Assembly: GCA_965207375.1 (NCBI GenBank)
Contig: CBDBMG010000003.1
Location: 32,001-96,000 of the forward strand
Direction of reading: 5' to 3'
Origin: Nitrosopumilaceae archaeon
Lineage (GTDB): Archaea > Thermoproteota > Nitrososphaeria > Nitrososphaerales > Nitrosopumilaceae
DNA length: 64,000 nucleotides
Shown: piece after piece, positions 54,277 through 64,000 of the stretch
How the letters are laid out: every line of letters starts with the position of its first letter
How positions within the stretch are numbered: the stretch's first letter is position 1
Notes under the pieces: generated by a model
Seen by the model: the letters and a program-made list of their open reading frames with translations, nothing else
Database searches by the model: none
Told to the model about the DNA's origin: nothing
Translations under genes and position numbers: made by a program

Positions 54277-57200
54277 ATGGCTGTGAGAGAGGCAGTTCGT
54301 TCCGTTGTCAAGAAAATCATTAACACTAGTACTCCGCTTGCTCCTAAGCCAATTGGACCTTACAAGTGAAAAAGCTAATAATACGATACTGTTGTATCAT
54401 AGGGTAGCCTATATATATCAGTACTAATATCATGCTGTCCATTGTAGCCAAGCCATTGCTGTGAGAGAAACATTGTGCCTATCTGATCAAATTGGATTAG
54501 ATCCTAATGTAAGGACACGGGGCTAGTCATATCTACTCAGTAACTGTATAACAGGCAAACTGGTCTTGATTAGCGGAGTCATTGTTTATTTCTCTGCCCG
54601 GCGCTACATCAGCACTCAAACACTAGCTACTGCCTCAACTTTAATTTTAAATAAGAAAAATAATCCCACATCAAAATTGCAAAAATTACTGATGATAAAC
54701 TGACTGACAAGTACTGACATAGTCATTTGGTCACTGATGTCATCGGTTTAGTCTGCTGCTTGATCAGAGTCAGGATCACTTAGCCACTAAAATTGAACCT
54801 TCCGTGAATTGTGTATTCATGACCTAATATGTGTTGTCAGTGTTCTTGCTGGCTGCTGGGCAGATTATGCACTTTTGAACCGCAGGTGCATGTCATGGTA
54901 CCTTTGTCTGTGAAGTTGGTAGCTATATGCATGCTTGCATGGTTGCTTTGTTTGTGTGCGTGTATCTTCCAATGGATTATTTTGTATGCCGTATACGGTA
55001 CAGCAAAATGTTATTATCACAATTGTCTGAAAGATTGTGCATAGGTAGGTGATGCCGGCTTTAATTTGCAGTGTAGCCTAGCTGTAGCTATAACAATTGC
55101 ATCGGCATGCTACTGGATTGCCACCTTATAGCTATGATGTTCTTTAATTCCTTCAGCCATGTAATAGTAGCTGGAGCAGCTGGACAGTGGTACTACAATA
55201 CATTAGTTGACTGCATTCCTCTGAATGTTTAATTCATCAGTAGCTGCTAATATGACAAAGCTGTTAGATTATAGTGTGATCCAAATTTTGAATGCTTCAG
55301 ACTTACCAATCAGATTGCTAAATGTTGTGATGTACGTACAAGCTACAATGATGTTGTGTCCAAATACATGTCATGTGCAATGTAGCCATAGTAACCACAC
55401 AGCTACTTGGATTTGTGTGGTTGACTCATTCTTATTTTGGATGATATATATACCTGCTAGTATATCCATACATGTAGCTAGCTATATAGCTAATGTAACT
55501 ATATTCTTAATACGTATATAACTTTATAGCTAGCTATAATGTTCTCAACATATAGACCATGGAATTGATCAGTGGAGATGTTTGTGATCAGACCAAACAG
55601 GTATATATATATAGCTACTACCTTATTTGGCTGTTTCTTTAAATTGTAGCTAATTTTGGATTATACAACATAGAGACAAATAGCTAGCTAGCTATAGTGT
55701 TTTATTGCATGGGCTTAGCTACTAGCGTATATAGCTATCTAACATGTTAGCTTAACTGTATCAGTCTATGATAATGTGCACATTAGCTATAGGATGATGT
55801 CATTTAACCATTAATTTACAGTCTTTATTATGCACTCTTATAGGCTCTTAATAATATGAAGAATGTATTGGAAGTTGCTAATTCATCTATGGACAATGGT
55901 TAGCAGCCATTACAGTAGAAATATAATAGCTACTACACGTGTAGAGGGAAACTTCGGTGGGAGTAAGATTTGGCGAATTTATCTACTTTTCTGAGCAAAA
56001 GATTTTACCATGAAAATTTATGTTATCAATAGCTATAATGACTTGTGCAAGAGGGGGACTAGCTCCGTAGCTGGTCATGCAAGGTTGTTGCTAGGCTGTG
56101 CCATACCAAATGCCAAGTTAAGGTGCCAAAGTCAACACTCATCAGATCCCACAAAAGGTGTAGACAGCAGGACGGTATAGTCATGGCAGAGCTCAAAATA
56201 ATGGTCTGTTACAGGTCATTTTCCAGCCCACTTTAGTGTATCAGATCCAATTTGGTAGGACAAATTTACTGGGGAAGCCAATGATAGTCTATAATCATGT
56301 TCCTATTTTGAATGAATGACTGACCAATATTATTAGCAATATCAGCAATGCTACTTGCAGGACCAATATTATTAGCAGTATTACTTGTAGCAACAGCAAT
56401 GCTATGGGTGTTTGAATGGTAATCATAAACTATAGCCAATTCAAAATAGCTCTATAGCATAACCATAATGCTACGTATAACTGCATACTGTAGCTATAGA
56501 GGGAAACGTTGATGAATATGGTGAATGTTGCTAATAATATTAGTCCTGCAAGTAGCATCGTTGTTGCTACAAGTAACACTGCTAATAATATTGCTATATA
56601 TATAGAAGATATTCATAAGGCATGGCATCATGCAACTACATTGAAAATTGAGCAGATATAATAATGTACAAGTGTAATGTAAAGTTCTGCCAAACTATAT
56701 AGTTTTACTATAACCAACTGATGATACCTTAGTATGAATAATACTGTAAGAGCAATTCCTTTATAGTCCCACTGTATGCATATGCCTTCCATTAGTTAAG
56801 CTGCTGCAGCAGAAGAATTAATGATCTGACATCAGTGGAAAAGAGACGGTGGGGATTTCCGCCTGACACCCTATCTTTCCAATATGATTATTAATTCAAA
56901 TCCTCTCTATACTGTAGCTATAGCGGGGTATTTTGACGAGCTAATTTGACATGATGAACAGCTATAGCATGCAGTTGGGGTTTAAAGGTCAAAGCTGTAG
57001 CTAATTCAATAACTGTGAAGGGGGCGGGGCACTGGGCACTTGCCCCCACAAAATTTGCTCTGTCCCCACAACTTTGAGTAAGTTCAGCCGGCCCTGCATC
57101 AATGTGGCTACTAAATGATTCCTTTAAAATAGCAATTGGTCAATCAGTTTTTATCTTGTTCTTGTTTGTTTCCTACAGTTGTGAAGGTGACAATATTTTT

Positions 57201-59021
57201 AGCTGATATTAATGACTACCCTGCAGTCAATGAAGTATATAGTCAGTGTAAGTAGTTGGATCATGTGATCAATTATAGTAGCTCATGTGAAATCTATACT
57301 GTGTGTAGCAATATGATGAAGTGATAACCATGTAGTTAATATGTTATGCATGCACATGTACATGATGCTGTACATGTTACTTGACAACCTTTACCAGCAC
57401 TTGTATACATTCATGTCATTTGATAATCTAGCTATGCTCCTGTACATATATAAAACTTTGTTCAAATAGCTGAACAACATGTACGCACTACATGTTATCC
57501 TCAATGTGTTGTGCAATGATGTTGTATTTCCGATTGTGTAGATTTTACTAAAGACTATCCTAGCAGAAGTGCGGTTGCAGTTAGTGCTTTACCAAAGGTA
57601 ATCATAAATAGCTGTAGCTATAGCAACCGGGTTCATGCCACATAGCTAAATAGTACCCTCTATTGATATCATTGTCTGTCATGTTTTTGCAGGGTATAGG
57701 GAAATGTACACGTATATTAACAGATCATAGTTGATTTGTCACTGGTAGTGGCTGTTGTGAAACAGTATGTTTGTGGTATGAGAAGAAAGGTAACTTAGGG
57801 TACCCTTTAAAGTTTGACTCTGGTGAGACTTACACAACCTCTAAAGCAAGGCAAGTGACTCTGGGCAGGATTTCATGCACCTTGGCTCCTCATTTCCTCC
57901 ATGCTGAGTGATAGGCCCTGTATATTATGCTATAGTATATAAAGCAATAAATAAACAAATACGTAGCTCAGTATGAGACTAGCATGCAAAACCCCCATAG
58001 CTATGGATAGCTACTGCCAAGCCTCACAGCTATGCAGGCAGGGTCAGTTGTGCAGGCTAGGTCACACTTACTATCATGCAGTATAGCAATTAGTTATATA
58101 CATCATATCACATGTTGCTAGGTCACACTTACTATCATGCAGTATAGCAATTAGTTATATACATCATATCACATGTTGCTAGGTCACACTTACTATCATG
58201 CAGTATAGCAATTAGTTATATACATCATATCACATGTTGCTAGGTCACACTTACTATCATGCAGTATAGCAATTAGTTATATACATCATATCACATGTTG
58301 AAAGCAAGTAAATTTTATTTGTTGCTGCATCACTATGTCAACTCTCGATATCATGTGTACTCTAGTGGCGGCTAAATCATAAATTTACTTGATAGCAGGG
58401 TTAAAAGTGTCACATGACCCGGTCATTTGGGTCACTTTTTGTCCAGGTCTTGTGGGTCAACATTTTCAATGCAAAGTATCCAGGCAAAGTGACCCAGATT
58501 TTATTGAAATTTAGAAAATGGCGTCTGAAAGTTCAGACTGGCTTACATAGAAGTAACTAAAGCTGCCAGAACAAATGCCACCACAGGAAGTGTCGTCTCA
58601 AGTATGTGTGTTCTAAAGGTAGCTGTGCTCAGGAACAATTCTGTGATACTACTCTTAGTAAAGAGGTGTTTGGAATCACCTGTTGTTCTATTTGTAAAGT
58701 GTGTAGTTACTTTGTACAAAACAAGAGTAAATGGAGAAAAGAAATTCCTGGCACTAAAAATCCACTTAATCATTTATAGTGCTGTTCACACCAAGTGCAG
58801 GACTATGTGGGTTAATTAATTAATTAATTAAATATTTACAGTTTATAAGTGATTTTGATCTTAAAATCTGGGTCACATCAACACTTTCAACCCTGGAAAC
58901 CAATCAATTTGTCTGATCTATAGCCATATCTGTGTATATACTCATTTCTTGTACACTGCAGGCAGCCAAGGTGAAATTGGAAGCAATTGCTATTGTACAG
59001 AACAATGCTAGGATAAATTAA
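54277..59021 (+). CDS. RIDA: RidA/YjgF/UK114 family 2-iminobutanoate/2-iminopropanoate deaminase, 144 aa, 7 exons
   Basis: Exons 54277-54365, 54448-54508, 55556-55600, 55844-55898, 57179-57247, 57542-57597, 58962-59021, all GT-AG and in phase: ..APKPIGPYNQAI..LSDQIGLDP..QTKQALNNMKNVLE..VVKVTIFLADINDYPAVNEVYSQYF..PSRSAVAVSALPK..VKLEAIA. Confidence 0.92.
56105..56186 (+). pseudogene. Degenerate 28S rRNA fragment
   Basis: GTTAAGGTGCC...CTCATCAGATCCCACAAAAGGTG-TAGACAGCAGGACGGT..CATGG matches the recalled conserved LSU core (CTCATCAGACCCCAGAAAAGGTGTTGGTTGATATAGACAGCAGGACGGTGGCCATGG) with a deletion of about 11 nt. Confidence 0.75.
58057..58300. repeat. 61-bp tandem repeat, 4 copies, in RIDA intron 6
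   Basis: GCTAGGTCACACTTACTATCATGCAGTATAGCAATTAGTTATATACATCATATCACATGTT, essentially identical copies. Confidence 0.95.
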
Positions 59022-59059
59022 TGTACAACTACGTAATGATACTGTTATGTTATTATTTA

Positions 59060-59927
59060 CTATTCCTGCTGATATACGCTACTACGTAAAGGTTTTGTTT
59101 TTGACACAAAGATCTGATAATTCACTGGAGGCTCTTCGGACAACGCCCTGTCTTTTGGAGGCTGGCTGCTGCGTCTTCTCGCTTCCTCTGCCTGTAGCAA
59201 CATTATTTAGTATATAAACTAGTCACAAGGAGCCATTAGTACGTACATGAACTAGTCACAAGGAGCCATACATTACGTACATGAACTAGTCACAAGGAGC
59301 CATACATTAGTACATGAACTAGTCACAAGGAGCCATACATTAGTATATGAACTAGTCACAAGGAGTTATACATTAGTACATGAACTAGTCACAAGGAGTC
59401 ATACATTAGTATATGAACTAGTCACAAGGAGTTATACATTACGTACATGAACTAGTCACAAGGAGTTATACATTAGTACATGAACTAGTCACAAGGAGTC
59501 ATACATTAGTATATGAACTAGTCACAAGGAGTTATACATTACGTACATGAACTAGTCACAAGGAGTTATACATTAGTACATGAACTAGTCACAAGGAGTT
59601 ACACATTAGTACATGAACTAGTCACAAGGAGCCATACATTAGTATATGAACTAGTCACAAGGAGTTACACATTAGTACATGAACTAGTCACAAGGAGTTA
59701 CACATTAGTACATGAACTAGTCACAAGGAGTTGCACATTAGTACATGAACTAGTCACAAGGAGTTACACATTAGTACATGAACTAGTCACAAGGAGCCAT
59801 ACATTAGTACATGAACTAGTCACAAGGAGCTATACATTAGCGTCGTTCATTGAAGTAGCGTCTGATAATATAGTAACTTCAGTAGCCATTCGTCAGGCAC
59901 GGATTCCGTTGAAGATGTACAACCCAT
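59060..59927 (-). CDS. Candidate small two-exon protein gene (61 aa open; about 74 aa with MGCTSS N-terminus if a 1-nt deletion is restored)
   Basis: Exon 59836-59889 MATEVTILSDATSMNDAN joins in phase 0 (GTATAG..CTACAG) to 59060-59191 AEEARRRSSQPPKDRALSEEPPVNYQIFVSKTKPLRSSVYQQE*; upstream ATG at 59927 gives MGCTSSTESVPD one base out of frame. Confidence 0.45.
59215..59840. repeat. 33-bp minisatellite, about 19 copies
   Basis: ATGAACTAGTCACAAGGAGCCATACATTAGTAC with variants; fills nearly the whole predicted intron. Confidence 0.96.
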
Positions 59928-60082
59928 TGAGACAATGGCTGCTCTTACACCAAGTGAATATTCTCATAATCCTTGATGCTGTCTATTTATTAGCTGAGAT
60001 CTTAAAGAATAGTGAAAAGGAGCACAATTTTCTCACGTGATGTAAAACTGTTCGATTGTGGGATTGGAGCTTTTTGCCGAAG

Positions 60083-62624
60083 ATGTTACTAGATAACGAC
60101 TCGGTAAATGTTAACACGCTGTTTGTTTCAGTTTTCATTAAATACTAGTTTCTCACTGAACTCGGAAAATTATTCTCTAAAACTAGACACGTGGGCTCCC
60201 TTACCTTGACCATGAAAAAATGTAAGTTGTATAAAAATTATTCTGTATTTACACATTGTGTGCATCAAATAATCGATTTGCTTAACCTGTGGTGATAGAG
60301 CAATGATACACTAATGTAGATTCATGTTTAGTGAAAACATTCAGCTTCCATCACATATCATATAACAATATTGTGTTTATTGTTTCGACTCCAGTGCTCA
60401 GTTCTTCAGCACTGGAGCAGCTGTGTATTGCCTGTTTACATTCTATTGTGATAATTACTAAGGGTACTAAATGTATAGTTTTATGCAGGGGGCATATCAA
60501 GTTTCGATTACCATCGATAATTCTTGGATAATCATCAGTGTTGGTCATTTTGAGTGTATAATTACTGATACCCACAATACTTATTTTTCTAAAATTTAAA
60601 TATGAGTGTCACAAATACTAGCTGGTTAAAATAATTTTTATGCAACTTAACAATACAAAGACAGAAGTTGTAAGTTGTTTATTGCATAACGGTTGATACT
60701 TATACACTCATAATACAAGAATAATCAATAGGGACACACACCCTGCATAACAAGACTTAGCATGAAATAGACTTTGTACGAGGGGAGAGGTCTGCTACTA
60801 CACAATGTGATGTATGTAGAAGTCTTTTGTGTTCACCAAATAAGGGCATGCGGCATGCATATTCATGTGATTTATTATGAAACAGTTTTATGACAATAAT
60901 ACAGAGGTTATAACCTGATTCCAGAATCATACCAGTTGTGATTTGAAATCATATGATATCCCTTGACTTTGCTAATACTGTTCTCTACTGTCTATTGTAA
61001 GTCTATTGTACTTGTCAGACAATGGACGTAGTAAGCCATGTCCAAGGACAAAGTCACGCAATCAATATCTTCGTGAACCAGAGGAGAACCTTTGCCTATT
61101 AAGAGCTAGTAATGGGAAAAAGAAGATATCAACTGTGGTAAGATGATGAATGTTATTGTGAAGAAAATTGTAAAATTATTTGTAGATAAGCCATCGAGAG
61201 GTGACAAGATTTCAAATGGTTAGTAAATAATGTAATTATATTATAATTAGCTAGCATATTATGGTAATTATAAATTGAAATACTAATTACTGCAATGAAT
61301 AGTGAATCCAATATTGAAATACCTGTACTAACAGATCACTATAGTTTGAAATAGTGATGCACTGATACACATAAATTGAATACCGATGCCAATACTGATA
61401 TACAAAATATAAGAATTAACATGGCCGATATCAGTACTTCAGTAATTAATGTCTACTTTTGGCATTCAGTGTTTTCAGGGAATAAGAGATCAGCCATACA
61501 AGGGGGTGTCACTCCCGTACCTTCTGTACTAACATCTGTGACCGCGGTCAAAATTGAAGTCAAGAGTCAAGCATAAAAAGCCAGTAAGTCAAAGGATAAG
61601 CAGTGTTGGTGAAGGTTCTTTAGGTCAACAGTCAACGTGCTATGCAAATAGTCAAATACCACAATCAATACTAACGTAGTGGATGAAGTTTCACGGTTTA
61701 GTTTATGGGAACACGTGCGAAATATATTAGTCGCAAAGAATTGTATTACAGTCAAAGTTCAGACGAAAAATGTAGCAGTCAAAGGTCAAGCGTCATTTTC
61801 AGTGAAAGTCAAAGGTCAAGAGCCATATTCCATTTTGACCAAGTTTGACCGCAGTCACAGATGTTAGTACAGAAGGTACGGGAGTGACATCCCCTTGAGC
61901 CATACTTGCAATAGAAGACAATTAAGATTGCTTTCATGACCTATGTATTATGCTGAAAAGTTAGACTGCTTCATTGGAGTATATCAATTAAGTAATGTGC
62001 ACGGTGACTGTTCTATTAGAGTATAACGATCTTTTGCTGTTTGATGCCAACACTCCCATCATTACGCTAATGCTTTTAGCTACCTATTATGCTAGTCTTA
62101 TGTGGCCAAACCTTTTGCACAGGCAGTATTGATTTTAGAGGTGATAAGCGCCCTTGTGAAATGGGTCTGGAACAGTTCACAGACCTTACTGGATTTTTAG
62201 TTTATAGGTGTCAACTGATTCAAAGGTATGGTTAAACTTTACTACTTAATGCTGAATCAACAGCTAATGAGTTCATAATTCACGTGTTTTGACACACTTG
62301 CCATTGATATCTGGACATCTGGTACAACACAGCAAAATTCCGTCACTATAAATATCTACGTATGGAAGAATGGGAACTTCCTTCTAGCGACATGCACTAA
62401 AAGGTGGGCACACAACTGTAATGAGGATAGCCGATGACGTATGTACATGTTGTTAAGCATGTAACTTATCTGTATTAAGTGTGTATTATCTATGCTTTAA
62501 TGGTTCTTTATTACTTTAATGATTCTATCTTTAGGCCTACGCTAATCTATTAAAGGTCAATATGGATGCACTGAAGAAACATGACAAACGGACTAAAACA
62601 CAAAAGACTAAAGCAACTCATTAG
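60083..62624 (+). CDS. SRP14: Signal recognition particle 14 kDa protein, 111 aa, 5 exons
   Basis: Exons 60083-60103, 60149-60221, 61019-61137, 61186-61218, 62535-62624: MLLDNDSFLTELGKLFSKTRHVGSLTLTMKKYNGRSKP..NLCLLRASNGKKKISTVISHREVTRFQMAYANLLKVNMDALKKHDKRTK..; canonical splice sites, open frame. Confidence 0.95.
61499..61897. mobile_element. P-element-like MITE in SRP14 intron 4
   Basis: About 53-bp TIR CAAGGGG.TGTCACTCCCGTACCTTCTGTACTAACATCTGTGAC.GCGGTCAAA; 7-bp TSD AGCCATA; internal GTCAA repeats. Confidence 0.85.
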
Positions 62625-62887
62625 CCATTCTAAAATGATCAGTGTAGTAACTACCATATTTAGCCATGTATGTATGTGTATATGCTGCTTAAGTTACTGT
62701 GTGTATGCACAGGCAGAAATTTGAGGCATAAATTATGAGTACAACAGTTAATAACGCAAATGTTGAAGTCTGTTTACCCATATGTGATCCCAAAGTACAT
62801 GCACTACACACGGCAGTCTTACGTACATTAAATATACTAGCAATATAGTTGTAAATAGTTAGCTATTTAGAATAAATACATATATGT

Positions 62888-63094
62888 GATCAGGCCTGAG
62901 AAAACAGAGGTCTTACCTACACATAAAATTCAGTCTACTTGATTGAAAACTCTTTCCTAACGGTATCTTAACACAAATTTTATCATATATGCAGAAATTC
63001 CTAAGGAATTTAATAACTTAAGATTTTAAATAGTGCACACAGAAAGAGATAGATACCATAGTGTGATAGGACTGGTTTTCTCAGGCCCGGTCAC
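62888..63094. mobile_element. GTGA..GGTCAC MITE, same subfamily as 15841-16067, inverted
   Basis: TIR GTGATCAGGCCTGAGAAAAC / GTTTTCTCAGGCCCGGTCAC; shares GAATTCCT.AGGAA and AAGAGATAGATA with the 15841 copy. Confidence 0.75.
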
Positions 63095-63212
63095 ATAATA
63101 AATTATACTCAAATATACAATTGATGGTACGTAGCAATATAGTTGTACATAGTTATTTACAATATATACATATATACAGTCATATATAATATTGATGGTA
63201 GCAATATAGTTA

Positions 63213-63610
63213 TTACGTAAGCGCCTGTAACATTTTGTGCACCTGCTAAAAGATTATTAAATGCTTAGCATGTATAAAAGTGAACAAGCTAGAATGATAA
63301 AAAATTAAAAATTTAAAAAAATAAGTAGGGATTGAATTTTGGATTCAATAGTGCTACAAAAAGTAAGGAAACAAGGAATAAGATTTTGGGACGAGAGAAC
63401 ATTCTGGCATGAGATAATTTATAAAAGTTTAATCCCTACTTTTGGCTCACTTTATAGGTTTGCCAAAAGTAGGGATTAAATTATCTCATGCCAGAATGTT
63501 CTCTCCTCCCAAAATCTTACTCCTTGTTTCCTTACTTTTTATAGCACTATTGAATCCAAAATTCAATCCCTACTTACTTTTTAAATTTTTAATTTTTTAT
63601 CATTCTAGTT
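63213..63610. repeat. Palindrome family copy 3, with shared 5' flank
   Basis: Highly similar to 39529-39935, including about 75 bp of non-palindromic flank TTACGTAAGCGCCTGTAACATTTTGTGC. Confidence 0.92.
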
Positions 63611-64000
63611 AATAACAAGGATATCATACGAGTGAATGGGGAATAACTTGTTTATCTCTCACAAAGTTTGTTTGCTTGTACTAGATAGTTTGTCACAAAA
63701 GGTGTTTGTGTGTACAAACTTTGTTGTTAGCTGTAAATAGGTGTTAAAACTACAACATTAAAGGTTTCTGGGTAGGGAGATACTATAGTTATCACACTAT
63801 GGTAACTATAATATCTCCCTGGCGGCTTCTTTGATCTGCCCACGCACTGGGAGATAATGAACTATAAATTGATGCAATAGCTAGCTATCTGATGAAATGT
63901 AAAATTACTCTGCAGAGCTACCTACGCATTTCATGATGATCTGCACTTTCTAAGGGTACAGTTTTTACAATTGGGCTAACATGTTTAAATAAAATATTCG

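Noticed and set aside
59215-59840. CRISPR-like array of about 33-bp repeats
   Set aside because: Units are directly adjacent with no unique spacers, no cas genes, eukaryotic context; the same applies to the 61-, 62- and 167-bp arrays.

Overview
AT-rich, intron-containing animal genomic DNA. A demosponge-like invertebrate is my inference from the tiny introns, compact intergenic spacers, CpG decay and abundant TAGCTA; the sequence does not prove it. The right half holds a tightly packed housekeeping cluster: LYPLA-type thioesterase (-, decayed), POP1 RNase P/MRP subunit (-, pseudogenised), RIDA/RidA (+, open frame, head-to-head with POP1 with 57 bp between start codons, the same pairing as in human), a candidate small protein gene (-) and SRP14 (+, intact). 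POP1 intron 1 (about 15 kb) contains a nested stack: a non-autonomous Helitron, containing a Mag-like Gypsy LTR retrotransposon with very short LTRs, which itself contains a near-full-length hAT transposon. The left half is mostly MITEs, foldback palindromes, local duplications, a MITE-disrupted ankyrin-repeat gene and a decayed multi-exon remnant. Also present are several minisatellites, some starting at splice sites, and a 28S rRNA fragment in a RIDA intron. No prokaryotic-type system such as CRISPR was found. Exon structures were read by eye and family assignments rest on recalled motifs, not database searches.
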